Assembly (NCBI GenBank): GCA_964016885.1
Contig: OZ024759.1
Location: forward strand, 16,368,001 to 16,432,000
Length of the DNA: 64,000 nt
Direction of reading: 5' to 3'
DNA from: Eledone cirrhosa
Taxonomy: Eukaryota
Part shown: positions 1-14,600 of the stretch, piece by piece
Position numbering within the stretch: the stretch's first letter is position 1
Layout of the letters: each line of letters starts with the position of its first letter
The notes under the pieces: model-generated
What the model saw: only the letters and a program-made list of their open reading frames with translations
Databases searched by the model: none
Told to the model about the DNA's origin: nothing
Position numbers and translations under genes: made by a program

Positions 1-232
1 TCCCAGTGTAAAGTTCCATACTTTAAATGTGGTTGGTGTTAGGAAGGGCATCCAGCCGTAGAAAGCCTGCCAGATAGTCCTATACGAGCGAGACACGGTC
101 ACCCGACCAACCTTGCTTCAAGTGGCACAACTCCCGTCTAACCCATGCTAGCGTGGAAGATAGACGTTAAATGATGATGATGAGACATACATACATTTGT
201 ATATAATTATGTATATATATGTATATATAAGT

Positions 233-605
233 GAAGGCATGTGGCTGAGTGGTTAGAGAATTGGGTTTGCAATCGTGATGTTGTGAGTTTGATTCCCGGA
301 CCGGGTGATGAGTTGTGTCATTGAGCAAGACACTTTATTTCACGTTGCTCCTTCTACCTGGAGTTGTGGCCAACAGAGGGTATTAAAAATTAGAAAGACC
401 AATGGAAACATTGTTTCCTCAGTCCAATTTGACGAAAGTCGAGTGACTGTTGATATATATATATAAGGCGTATGGCTTAGTGGTTAGAGCGTCAGGCTTA
501 CAATCTTGAGGTTGAGAGTTCGATTCTCGGACCGGGCTTTGTGTTGTGTTCTTGAGCAAAACACTTTATTTCACATTGCTCCAGTTCACTTAGCTGTAGA
601 AATGA
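233..605 (+). mobile_element. Two tRNA-derived CORE-like SINE copies (233-450, 466-605)
   Basis: A box TGGCTTAGTGG, B box GAGTTCGATTC, then ccttgagcaagacactttatttcac; the same head occurs at 11105, 11363, 19948, 27728, 43152 and 43929. Confidence 0.75.
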
Positions 606-772
606 GTTTACCCAGCTATGGGTTAAATAGCCTCACCAACTTGCAATTGGCCAAGTGTGGTGAGTACGGCTACCCCTCTGACATGACCAAAACAGAAAAT
701 GGTGGAGGTCAATTAGGGAGGGTTTCCTCTGGTAGGAGTGAAAAGGTGCTGGATTGAATATATATATATATG

Positions 773-833
<61 letters not shown>

Positions 834-859
834 TGGTTATTCATATTTTTCTTTCTCAG

Positions 860-984
860 GATGATAGGTCTATATCAGAGAGAAATTTACTGTTTGCCAC
901 CAAAAATCATGAGGTCAGTGAGTTTAACATTCCACCCTGGGAATACCTGGAGAAGTTGATGCCCCCAATTACTGAAGAAGAAGA
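860..984 (+). CDS. POLR3E: POLR3E exon (DDRSISERNLLF...MPPITEEE)
   Basis: ttctcag|G acceptor, GA|gtaagt donor, ends in phase 2. Confidence 0.88.
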
Positions 985-1078
985 GTAAGTATTTTAAAAG
1001 GATCACCTATAGAATTGTCTCGTTCTTCTTAACAGCATGGACTCGGTGCATTATTCGTGCCACCAGCACTAGAAAGGT

Positions 1079-1141
<63 letters not shown>

Positions 1142-4100
1142 ATGTCGGGCCACTCTTGAGTGCTGCTAGTAACATGTAACCCAGTACAACCTGTTGCACG
1201 GTCGGGTCGTCGGCGACTAAACTGGCAACCCCACCAAGTTTACTTGGTGAGGAGGGTGATTTTGGACACCCTGCAGGACAAAAAACAAAGCCTGACAAAG
1301 GGCAGAAGAACTCATAAGAGTCAACGGCCATCCAAAAGTGTGTAAATATGTATATACACATGTATGTATATGTGTATGTGTATATACATGGGTGCATGTG
1401 TGTGTATATGCACGAGGACATAGAAATAGTCGGGCTGGACACCCGATCGCGCAGTTAAACCACTGGGAGTGAAGGACCCCTAGCCTTTGTCAGGGTATTC
1501 TTCTAGGAGAAGGCAACTCAGGAAACTGGGATAACTCTGATATAAAACCTGCGGCTCAGTAGTTACCGATGATGTTGATCTTTTCTTCTTTTCGGGTTAT
1601 AGCTACTGTCGCTCAGAGAGTGGGATTGGCTCAGTGCACAGTCTTTCCTCACTTTAAAAAAATCTTCACGCACAGGTATTGCACGATAGAATTAATTAAT
1701 AATTATTAATAATGGTATATCGTTCAATGGCCATACTCGATAACGAGGTGGGCAGCCATCATGTATATATATATATATATATATATATAAACACTTTAAA
1801 ATATACAGCTTTTGTAGTGTAGAACTAGGGGTGACTTGTTCTCTACTGAAACTATTTATCATATTAATGTTTCTTATTTGTTATAACAGGGAGAAACCAG
1901 CTCTTCCCAGCAACATCCTCTCATTGAGTCAGCTGCGTACAATGCCACTCCAAGAACAGGTGAAAGCTCTTCTCATAAATGGTAAGACATCCATCAATCA
2001 TATTATCTAAATATATTCCCAGAAAGATTTCAGCTAGGACTGGCCCATACCATGTTCTGCTTAACCCTTTAGCATTCACATTACTCTATATTTACTATTG
2101 TATTTTCATGGTAAAGGCTTTATGGTGAAAATGCTCCCAGTCCACACTGTAAATGAAGTTGGTGTTAGGAAGGGCATCCAGAGACACTTCCGTGCGAGCG
2201 AGACGTGGTCTCCCGACCATTCCCGCATCAAATGGAACAAAACCGTCTAACCCATGTTAGCCATCGTTAAACGATGATGATGATGAATATCTCACATAAT
2301 ATCAAACTTATGAGATATTATTTATTTTGAGAACAATAACTTAACATCAGTATGAGTGGCCAGTTCGAACTGAAAGAGGTGAGAGAATTCTGGCCGGATA
2401 TGGCTGGTTTAAATGCTAAAGGATTAATGTCACTTTCCATCATTGTCATCATCATCATCATTTTATATTCACTTTCTGTGCTGGCATGGAGCGAGGTTAA
2501 ACTGGTCAAAGAACCATGCCTAGCTTATATGTTCTATCATCATTATCATCATCACCATTTAAACCGGCCATATCCAGCCACAATTCTCTCACCCCTTTCT
2601 GTTCAAACCGGCCATAACCAGTTGCTCATACTTACGTTAAGGTATTGTTCTCAAAATAAATAATATCAAAATCTAGCAGATTCAATATTATGTGAGGTAA
2701 TTATATGAGATAAAGTGTTTACCATGAAAATACAATAATAAATATCGAGTAATGTAAATGCTAAAGTGTTAATGTCTATTTTCCATGCTTGGATTAGACA
2801 AACTATCATGTTCTGAGGCTAGGCCAGTTAGGTAGCCATGTCTTGCTCACATGTTCTGACCCCACAGACATACTGGAGGCCTGCAACTCACATATGGCCC
2901 TACACTCTGTCAAGTCCTGGGGTGAGATGGCAGTCGGCAACTCAATTACATATGGTCCCTCTCGCTACTCTGTGCATTTTTATCGTGACACCAGCACCAG
3001 AGAGGTTGTCACATCTTTGACACAACAGTTCTCTTCACCGTTTGTTTAGTAGGTTTTCTATAGCTTGTAGCCCTCCCTATCACCAACCACTTAATAGAGT
3101 GTACTAGGTGGGCATATCATGTCTACTCAACACTAGGGAAGATGTCAGATATTTGACACAACTGTAGAGTCCTCTCAACCCTTTGTTCAACAGGTTTACT
3201 GTAGCTTGATACCTTTCCTATCGCCAACCAGTTTACAGAGTGCACTAGGTGTGTTTCTTGTGGAGATCACTAATCCTAAGGTGGTTAGCTACAGAATCCT
3301 CCCAACCGTTTGTTTGACAAGTTTTCTATAGCTGGATGCCCTTCTCATTACCAACCATTTTGTTGTTTTGATCCACGATATAAAGCATCCAGTCCACACT
3401 ATAAAATCGTTGGCATTAGGAAGGGCATTCAGCCATAGAAACCAAATCAAAATACAGATCCATAAAAGCAAGACATGGTAACCTGATTTGACTTGTCTCT
3501 TAACGTGACAACCTCTCTAATTCATGCAAGCATAGAAAAATGGAGGTTAACCCTTTAGCATTTAAACCGGTCGTATCCAACCGAAATTCTCTCACCTCAT
3601 TCTGTTCAAACTGGCATTAAACAGCTGCTCAAACTTATTTTAAGGTATTGTTCTCAAATTAATAATATAAAAATCTCATAGATTTGATATTATGTGATAT
3701 AATTATGTAAGATAAAACATTTACCTTGAAAATACAATAGTAAATATAGAGTAATGTAAATGCTAAAGGGTTAAGCAACAACAATGATGATGAGTGTACT
3801 TGGTGCATTTATTGTCTAAATCACCAACACTAGGGAGGTTAGCTGATGAGTATTCCCAACCTATGATTTTCTTCTCTAATTTCTTTTTCTTTCATTTCTT
3901 CAGCAAAAGTTATCCGGTTCCGTCAACTGCTGGCCCTTTTACCCCAAGGAACCGACTCTACTGCTGTTATCCGGTGCCTTCAGCAAGTTGCCGTGCTGGT
4001 CCAAGGTAGTTGGGTAGTGAAAAGGTATGTTACAGTTATATTTTTTTTGTTTCTTCCGTTAGTATATTATTTGACGGCTTATAAGACACACCTCAATTAG

Positions 4101-5576
4101 GGCAAGCATTTAAAAAAATAGTATTAGTATTTACATATGATTGTATTTTTGTGGTAAAGGCTTTATCTTACACAATTGTCTCACATATTATCGAATTTAC
4201 GAGATTTTGATATTTATTTTGAGAACAATACGGAAACATCAGTATGAACAGCCAGTTACAGCTGGTTTGAACAGAAAGAGGTGAGAGAATTCTGGCCGGA
4301 TATGTCCAGTTTTAATGTTAAAGGGTTAACCCTTTAGCGTTTAAACCGGCCATATCCAGCCAGAATTCTCTCACCTCTTTCTGTTCAAACCGGCCATATC
4401 CAGCCAGAATTCTCCTCTCACCTCTTTCTATTCAAACCGGCCCTATCCACAGAATTCTCTCACCTCTTTCTGTTCAAACTGGCTATAACTGGCCACTCAT
4501 ACTGACATTAAGGTATTGTTCTCAAAATAAATAATATCATCATCAAAATCTCATAGATTCCATATTATGTAAGGTAAAGAAAGCCTTTACCATGAAAATA
4601 TAATAGTAGAGTAATGTAAATGCTAAAGAGTTAAACAATGAATGTCAGGTGAAGGGTATAAAGTTTGTACATCGTATTTTTTTTTTACCATTCTACGTAC
4701 ATTTTTAAAATATAAGGAAGTGTTTGCAGTTTAATTTAAGGGTCACTGCAGCGCTAGAACTCCACTAGCCAGAAACCCAAACTGGCCCATGACCTTATAA
4801 GATGTAAATATGGTTTATTATTTCTTGATTTCAGTACTGTATAGACATCATCATCATCATTTTTATGTCTGCTTTTCCAATTCAATTGTGCTGGTCCCAC
4901 AACAAAAGCACCAGGTCCACCCTTTAAAGTGGTTGTGCTGGTGATACATCAAAATATACCCAATCTAACCTGTAAGGTGGCCGTTCTGGTGTCACAACAA
5001 AAGCACCAGGTCCACTCTGTAAGGTGGTTGTGCTTGTGACATGACAAGAAAGCATCAAATTCACCATTAGGTGGCGCTTCTGGTGCCATGGTATAAAGCA
5101 CCCAGTCAACATGTGGTTGACGTTAAGAAGAACATCCAGTCATAGAAGCCAAACCAAAATACAAATCCTTATGAGTCACTTGAACTGACCTAGTCTCATA
5201 ACATGACAACCCAAGCATCGAAAATAGACATTAAACAGTGATGATAATGATGAAGCACCTTTCAGTTGTGGGCATCATATAAATTATTCTTCACTACTAG
5301 GTGTTGTAGTCATAGTTTTTCTGTTTGTTTTCAGTGAAATCCTGTACCCTAAAGATGCAACCAGTCCCCATAGCGGTGTATCTGCTGAACATCTATGTCG
5401 AGGAAGGGACTATCTGGTCAGTATCTTCTTCTTTCTTAAACTATATTGTAGTAGATGCAGGTATGGCTTGCTGTGTGAGATTGTGAATGTCAAAAAGAAT
5501 GCTTTGCAGTATTCGTTTCTCCTCTCTGCACGGTTGGAGTTTAAATCCCACCAAAGTCAACTTTGCCTTTCATCCT

Positions 5577-5608
<32 letters not shown>

Positions 5609-8600
5609 TTTACGTCCGCTTTTCCCTGCTTGCAAAGGTGGGACGGGAACTGATTCTGGCTTGGTTTCTACAGCTGGATGCCCTTCCTAACACCAACCTC
5701 ATTTACAGTGAGTGCTGGGGTGCTTTTTTGCCGTGGCACCTCCACGACCACTTTACAGTGTGGGCTGGGTGCTTTTTTGCCGTGGCACCTCCACGACCAC
5801 TTTACAGTGTGGGCTGGGTGCTTTTTTGCCGTGGCACCTCCACGACCACTTTACAGTGTGGGCTGGGTGCTTTTTTGCCGTGGCACCTCCACGACCACTT
5901 TACAGTGTGGGCTGGGTGCTTTTTTGCCGTGGCACCTCCACGACCACTTTACAGTGTGAGCTGGGTGCTTTTTTGCCGTGGCACCTCCACGACCACTTTA
6001 CAGTGTGGGCTGGGTGCTTTTTTGCCGTGGCACCTCCACGACCACTTTACAGTGTGAGCTGGGTGCTTTTTTGCCGTGGCACCTCCACGACCACTTTACA
6101 GTGTGGGCTGGGTGCTTTTTTGCCGTGGCACCTCCACGACCTTTTACAGTGTGGGCTGGGTGCTTTTTTGCCGTGGCACCTCCACGACCACTTTACAGTG
6201 TGGGCTGGGTGCTTTTTTGCCGTGGCACCTCCACGACCACTTTACAGTGTGGGCTGGGTGCTTTTTTGTTGAGGCACCTCCACGACCACTTTACAGTGTG
6301 AGCTGGGTGCTTTTTTGCCGTGGCACCTCCACGACCACTTTACAGTGTGGGCTGGGTGCTTTTTTGCCGTGGCACCTCCACGACCACTTTGCAGTGGAAT
6401 GATAGGAACCCCAGTCCCTATCATCTCATTTCTACCGCTCAGTAAACTGGAGCAATGTGAAATAAAGTGTCTTGCTCAAGGAAACAACACATCACCCGGT
6501 CTGAGAATTGTACTCACAACCTTTCGATTGCAATATAAAAGAAAGATGTTTATTGGTTGGTTGAATCACACGAAAACAACACACACAAATACATACACAC
6601 TCATCTAAAGAGAGGCAGAAATAGAGAGATAGGCCATTATACAGAGAGAGATATAATTAAAGTGTTAGATATTGAGAGAGAGAGAGAGAGAGAGAGTGAC
6701 GTCCCACAAAGGTATCAGTTGAAGGTTTAACAGTCTTTGATTTTACAGAACAAAGAAAAATTGATTCTATTTGAAATTAATCTACCCACCAGCTTTTATC
6801 CATATACTACTTACAGATCATACTAACGAAGCTAAACACTTCAGAAGCAATGTTATGCGGTATATTGCTGTATTTTAGATGACGTTCTTTGGAGCTGAAA
6901 AAGATCATACTGACTATGGTTATTTCACAACATTTAAAATCCAAGGCTAACGCTATCATTTAATCGGCAGTTTACTGCCCCCAGCCTAATAAGGAAGTTT
7001 TATGAATGTTTTTTTTTTGTCTCTCACGCACACACACACATTACAGTCTCACCTGATACCAGACAACACATCCAATACTGTTGTTTTCACTTTTATCTGT
7101 CTTCTTTTAACTGTTCTCCCAAGTGAAGCCGGGTTCCTCAGCTAGTGGTCAATAAGGTACCAGCCCATGACAGGTCAATTCTTCCTCTGTATCTCTTTCT
7201 TACTTCCTCTCTATCCTTCTTTGGAAGAAATCGGCTGTGTTCAGATCTGGAGAGAGGATGGGCTCTGCAAGGTTTAAAAACTGCTCAAAATGCAGAGTAT
7301 ATCACGATGGTGCTCCTATGACTCCATCAGGAGTTGGGGGCCCCATACATATATACTTACATAGCTGTGTGGTTAGGGAGTTTGCTTTGCAACCATGTGA
7401 CTCTGTGTTCAGTCCTACTGCATGGCATCTTGACCAAATGTTGTTTTCTACTATAGCCTCAGGTTGACCTATGCCTTTTTCTCTAAATTGATACCAGCCT
7501 CTCCCTTCAAAATTAAACCCCATATTCTTCCGTTTTCAGATGTGGAAATTCCTTCACACCAGATATGTAACCAGGAAAGAAATATCTTCTGTAATAAAGG
7601 TAAGTCTGTCTGTCTGCTTAGTCATTGATACCAAACCAGCTGAAACTGCCTCTGGTTCTACAATACAAAACTGATTTTTTTTAAAGCGGTTATCATCATC
7701 ATTTTTGCATCCACTTTTCTATGCTGGTATGGGTTGGACAGGACCTTTTGAAACAAGTTTTACAGATAGACACCCTTCCTGACACCATCACCATCATCAT
7801 TATTTAAACCAGCCATAACAGGCCAGAATTCTCTCACCTCTTTCTGTTCAAACTGGCTGCTCATACTATCAAAATCTCATAGATTCGATATAGTAAATAG
7901 CAAATATAGAGTAACATCATCATCATCATCATTTTACGTCCGCTTTTCCCTGCTTGCAAGGGTGGGACGGGTCTTATTCAGCACAGCATCTCTCCACTCG
8001 TCACGGTCCTTCGTCATCTCCACCGTGAGCTTCAATGATCTGGGGTCTGTTCTCACCACCTCCGCCCATGTTTTTCGTGGTCTACCTCTACCACGTCTTC
8101 CTTCAACTGGCATTTCCTGGCACTTCTTCACCCATCGGTCATCCTCCATGCGCATCACATGTCCATACCACCTCAGTCTCCTCTCCCGTACACTACATTC
8201 TATCCCTCTCAGACACAGTTTCTCTCTCAACACATAACGTAAATACTAAAGGGTTAACCCTTTAGCATTTGCATTACTCTATATTTACTATTGTATTTTC
8301 ACAGTAAAGGCTTTATCTCACATAATTATCTCACTTAATATCAAATCTATGAGATTTTGGTGTTAAAAATTTGAGAACAACACCTTAATATCAGTATGAG
8401 TGGCCAGTTACAGCTGGTTTGAACAGAAAGAGGTGAGAGAATTCTGACCGGATACGGCCAGTTTAAATGTTAAAGGGTTAAAGTCCATTTTCCATGCTTG
8501 CATGGGTTAGACAGGGGGTTATATTATGAGATAAGTCAGTTCAGGAGACCACATCTTGCTCATACAGATCTGTATTTTGGCTTGGTTTCTATGGCTGGAT

Positions 8601-11600
8601 GCCCTTCTTAACAATAACTACATTACAGTGTGGACTGGATTCTCTTTATTGTGGTACCGGCTTAATAATAAGCAAGTTACTTATGTTACTAAAGCCCTCC
8701 ATGAATTCTTGATTATTTGAAAATCATAAGCAGTGTCTTTCATTGAAATATGGTAATGAAAGGATTAAGCCAGTGCTGTCTCACCACATTCCCACTAGTC
8801 ACTCACCACATTCCTACTTGTCCTTCACTGTATTCCCACTGAAACCTCACCACATTCTCATCGTTAGTCCTTCAGGACATTCCCACTGGTGCCTTTACCA
8901 CATTCTCACTGGTGCCTTTACCACATTCCCACTGGTGCCTTTACCACATTCCCACTGGTGTCTTTACCACATTTCCACTGGTGTCTTTACCACATTCCCA
9001 CTGGTGCCTTTACCACATTCCCATTGGTGTCTTTACCACATTTCCACTGGTGCCTTTACCACATTCCCACTGGTGCCTTTACCACATTCCCACTGGTGCC
9101 TTTACCACATTTCCACTGGTGTGTTTACCACATTCCCACTGATCCCCCACCACATTTGCACTGGTCTTTACTATATTCCCATTGTCATTCTCTAATGCCT
9201 GTTATTTTGTTGTTTATGGTCAAAAGTTGTTTAACCCTTTAGTTACCAACCCGGCCAAAACCAATTTTGGTTATATGAAATAAAGCCACCCATTTTAAAG
9301 GTTTCTAATTTAAATTAAAATCTTCCAACATAATTTTTTATAAAAACCTTACATTAACCCATTAACATTTAAACCAGCTGTATCTGGCCAGAATTCTCTC
9401 ACCTCTTTCTGTTCAAATCAGCTATAACCAGCGGCTCAATGATACAATATTATGTGAGTTAAAGTGTTTACTGTGAAAATACAATAGTAAATATAGAGTA
9501 ATGCAAATTCCAAAGGGTTAAGTTACAATCTAAGTAATGAAATGATTAATAATTTTAGTAAATCCCTCCAAATTCTTCATTGGTTAATTAAAAATACAGC
9601 ATGAAAGAGTTAAAAAGAGAAAGAAAGTTCCTGCTAAAAAAAATTTTTTTTTCTAGAACATCAAATATCATTCTTTTGTTTTATTTCCCTATTATTCTGT
9701 TTGTTTAGTTGCCTGCTGAGGATGTCAAGGATATTTTAGAACAGATGTCTCGTGTTCGTGTCAGCCATGGATGGGAGTTCTTGTTTGATTATGACAAGGA
9801 ATTTTGTAGCAGGTGATATTTTGTTTGTTGTTTTTTTTTTTAAATTTATTTATTGTTTCTTGTTTATTTTATTTTCATTTAGTTTATGCTTGGAGTGAAA
9901 GTGTGTGCCTTAGCGGTTAGGGTACATTCCAGGTGTGACTATTCCATCTTATATTCAGGACATAAACATCGTATCCAACGTGGCCATCCTTTTTTAAGAC
10001 CGCAGTGAGTGATTTGAAGTAGATTTGGCTGCTGTTTCAAGCAGGTCGAGTGATGTTATAAAATGTTCCTCTGACTAGCTTTCATCCATATTGATGGCCT
10101 AACATCTCGTTATAAACATTTGACATACTCTATACACATCACATGCCAACTTGGTTTAAAAGCCCCACTACAGTACTCTGACAACTCCATAAGGATTTAC
10201 AGGTCCATGCATAAATAGATATAAAAAACATACACTCTCACTAAAAATGTTCAGGAAGCTTTTAACCTGACTAAGATCCCAGTAAGGGTGATCCCAAATT
10301 ATTGTTTTATAAAATCTGTTTGAATCAAATCTTTTTGAACACATATTGTGTGTTTGTATGTGTGAGTTGAGGATCTACATGATAAATGCACCCAGTACAC
10401 TCTGTAAAGTGGTTAGTCATAGGAAAGCCAACCCTTTTTTTTGGCAAGCTTTCTATGGCTGGATGCCCTTCCTATCACAATGAAGCAGTCCTTGATATGA
10501 CTGAGGGGTCCTCTCAGCCTTTTGTTTGGTAAGCTTTTGACGGCTGGATGCTCCTCCTATCACCAACCATTTAACACCATGTACTGGGTGAATTTATTGT
10601 GTAAGTCACCAAACACTAGAGAGGCTGCCATGCCCTTGACACAACTGAAAGGTCTTCCCGTCCCTTTGTTTAGCAAGCTTTCTTCCATATGAATTACATC
10701 TCATGTCCATACCAGCGCTATCTTCTCTCCTGTATGCTTCATCTGATCCCTCTCATGTTCAATCAAACTTTATTGCTTATATAAATTAACATTACATATC
10801 CACTGGAGCACACTTGATTCATTTTTGCCCGGTCTTTCACGTATCCTTTGCATTTGCTGATCATGCCTGACTACCACACGACATTGCAGTTCAGGTCTAT
10901 TAATGTGAAAAAATATTTTTACATCTTACAGATATCCTGAAATTGTACAGAGACAGAAGGTGTTATGGGAAGCAAAGTTTCAGAGTTTATGTAAACAGCT
11001 GAAGATTAACTGTAAAGAGATTGAGAAGAAACATAAAGGTATTTCTCAAGTGATAAAATAATCAGACATTTGACTATCTCTAATAATATGTATGTATATA
11101 TGGTAAAGGCGCATGGCTTAGTGGTTAGAGCATTGGGCTTGCAATTGAAAGGTTGTGAGTTCAATTCTCGGACCGGGTAGTGTGTTGTTTCCTTGAGCAA
11201 GACACTTTATTTCACATTGCTCCAGCTGTAGAAATGAGATGATAGGAATAGGGTCCCTATCATTAAATCACCAAAGACACCTCCAACGAGATATACCTTG
11301 GAGGAGGTCAGCTAAACCTGCATAGGTGTGAGCAGTCACACACACACACACATATGGAGTGGTGAAGGCGCATGGCTCAGTGGTTAGATCATTGTGCTTA
11401 CAATCGTGAGGTTGTCAGTTCGATTCTTGGACCGGGCTTTGCGTTGTTTTCTTGAGCAAGGAACTTTATTTCACGTTACCCTATTTTACTCAGCTGTAGA
11501 AAGGAGTTGGGGAAGATGCTTTGGGAAATTGGGGATATAGGTATAGGGGAGGTTTGTGGGAGAGGAGATGGTAGGAAATGATGTTGCCTACAAGGCATAT

Positions 11601-14600
11601 GCTTCAGCCCGAGAATAATAGAGAGAGGGTCTTCTGTAATTGTCTTTATTTATTTATTTATTTCTTCATATCACCACTACGTACCAACACACTTCTCCTC
11701 CTTCTCTCTCAATCTTTTCTATATTTCATCTTCCTATCCCCCACCTTGCAGCTTTGCTATTCTCCTTACCCACCACTAGCCACTTCTTGTTGTGTGACAG
11801 TAGTTAGAGAGGCCGGTTGAGACCAGTGAGCCAGACCAAGGCGTCATTTTCAGCATTATTTGTAGCCTCCAAGCGCCTCGGACGCCATGCTTTGACGCAT
11901 AGAGTTACGGCCCTTGCCATTCTGAGTTTAAATCCCGCCGAGGTTAACTTTGCCTTTCATCCTTACGGGGTCGATAAAATAAAGTACCAGTAATGCACTG
12001 AATAATTGCTGGCCTTGTGCCAAAAGTAGAAACAATTATTTGTAGCCTCCAAGCCGCCAGGAAAACGTCTGAGAGGGTAATCCCGAACAACATGCAGTAC
12101 TGTATGGTCAGGGTTCCCACATTCACATGTTGGGCTCTCCTTCATTTCCCACCGATGGAGATGATGGGCTATCCTAGCATTTGTTGTGTGGATCCAATTA
12201 AGGGACACCCGTTGTTTTCTGGGAAGGTCAAAGCTAGCTGGTTTAGATGTGGGGTCCTGGATGAGGTCTTGGTAGGTACTGAATTCTGTCCATTGAGGAA
12301 TTTTTACCTGATGCAATCATTGATAGCATTTGGTTGTTTTAGCAGTATTTCTTGCATTGAGTTTTCTAATTTTTGGTATTTATTTGATAGGCAGTGTGTT
12401 GTATAAGAAATACAGTAACAAAAAGGTTAAATCTTCTCTCTTACAGAACAAACCACTCCAGAAAAATGTAAGAAACCACGCACACCAACCAAATCGCGAA
12501 AGCGAACTATGAGTGGCCGAAGTATATCTGACCACAGTGATATTGAGCTAGATGGCGTTGACCGGACTGCATCTAGCAAGGACATGTCAGATGATAGCTG
12601 TGTGGAAATACTGGACAACATCAACGACATCTGTGTTATATCTGATGGTGGTGCCGGTGGCAGAAGAGTAAGTGGGAGCAATATTAAAGGCACTGTGTCC
12701 TTCCATAACCATGTGCTCAACCATAATGAAGATCTGGTACAAGGGCTTCAGTCTTTTGTCAAAGAAAAACTATATTCTCGTTATGTTTTAACAATGAGCG
12801 AGTTGAAACGCTTATTTCAGTTGAACTTAATCCAGAGTCAACCTGGTCACATTTTAAGTTCTGGTGTGTCAGATCAAATGTTAGAGCAGGCTGTACTTGA
12901 TGTTGGAGGAATTAAAATGAATGATTTGGTGAGTTTTTTTTTTTTTTTGTTTTTTTTTCCTTCATTTATTCTCAAGTCCCAAATAATAGAGTGGGAGGGC
13001 AGTTTGGAAAATCAGTAATTTTTCTAAGTTGTCTTCGTTGATTTTTTTTAAAAACCAGAATTAGTTATTTAGTTTACATATTGAGACCTCAACCCATCCT
13101 ATTTATTTAACCCTTTAGTATTTAAACTGGCTGTATCCGGCCAAAATTTTCTCACCTTTTTTGTATTCAAACCGGTTGTAACTGGCCACTCATACTGATG
13201 TTAAGGTTTTGTTCTCAAAATAAATAGCATCAAAATCTCATAGACTCAATATTATGAGATAATTATGTGAGATACTTTTTTTGTCCTGTATAATGCTTAA
13301 AGAAAATTAATTGTTGCAGCAATGCTACCACTTAAAATAAATTTTTGCTGGAGATAGATTAGTAAAATTTAAAATGCACGGGTGGGTAGGGTTGGAATAA
13401 GAGCGGAGGGGGTTGAAAAAAAATCGGAAACATCAGTAAGGTGGGGGAGGTGAGGGGTGATTATTCAAGACCCAAGAGTATGTTGTATATCAATACTGAT
13501 GATCAATATTGATGATTCTCTGATTGTTTTATTTCTCTTTCACTAGTGGGTTAAACCATTCATAGACGAACCTGTATTCCTGGTCTCCAAATTTGGTGAT
13601 GCTTTAGATCCAGTAAGTTGTTATTCCTTATATATGTTTGTTGTTGTGGGTACTGTAGGTTTTGTTGTTGGTACTGGTGTGCTTGTTGTAGATGTTGTTG
13701 TTATTGTTGCCAGTAATATTGTGCTTGTTGTTATTGCTCTTGTTGTTGTTGGTACTGTAGGTTTTGTTGTTGGTACTGGTGTGCTTGTTGTTGTTGTTGC
13801 TCTTGTAGATGTTGTTGTTGTTATTGTTGCTGGTACTGTTGTGCTTGTTGTTATTGCTCTTGTAGATGTTGTTGTTGTTATTGTTGCTGGTACTGTTGTG
13901 TTTGTTGTTGTTGTTGCTCTTGTAGATGTTGTTGTTGTTGCTCTTGTAGATGTTGTTGTTGTTGTTCTTGTAGATGTTGTTGTTATTGTTGCTGGTACTG
14001 TTGTGCTTGTTGTTGTTGTTGCTCTTGTAGATGTTGTTGTTGTTATTGTTGCTGGTACTGTTGTGCTTGTTGTTGTTGTTGTTGCTCTTGTAGATGTTGT
14101 TATTGTTGCTGGTACTGTTGTGCTTGTTGTTGGTACTGTTGTGCTTGTTGTTGTTGTTGTTATTGTTGCCAGTAATGTTGTGCTTGTTGTTATTGCTCTT
14201 GTTGTTGCTCTTGTAGATGTTGTTGTTATTGTTGTCAGTAATGTTGTGCTTGTTGTTGTTGTTGTTGTTGCTCTTGTAGATGTTGTTGTTGTATATGTTG
14301 TAGATGTGGCTGTAGTTGGCCAGCAGTTCAGGGGAGGGAAGAAGTTGACTAAATCAACCCAGTTCATGACTGGTATTTGACGTTACTGAAATCTTCTTCC
14401 TGTTTTGTTTCAGATGAGAGGTGTACTTATTGGTATGTTCCAGTCCTCCTGCCGCGTGGCATCAAACACATTCAAGAAGAAAGTTGAAGATAACCTTGGT
14501 TACACCATGTCTGAAAATGACTGTAAAAAACTATTACGAGTAAGTTGAAGCGCAGTAGTCTCCTTTTATCTTCATTGTTTTGTGTGGTGGTTGAGGTTCT

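Noticed and set aside
466-540. tRNA gene
   Set aside because: A/B boxes are present, but there is no convincing cloverleaf, and the sequence runs into a SINE body repeated many times in the window.
5563-6608. Overlapping ORFs in all frames
   Set aside because: 49-bp tandem repeat inside a SINE.
13621-14380. 248-aa Thr-rich mucin-like ORF (-) and Val-rich ORF (+)
   Set aside because: Both are translations of a (GTT)n compound repeat lying within a POLR3E intron; stop-free frames are expected from the repeat.
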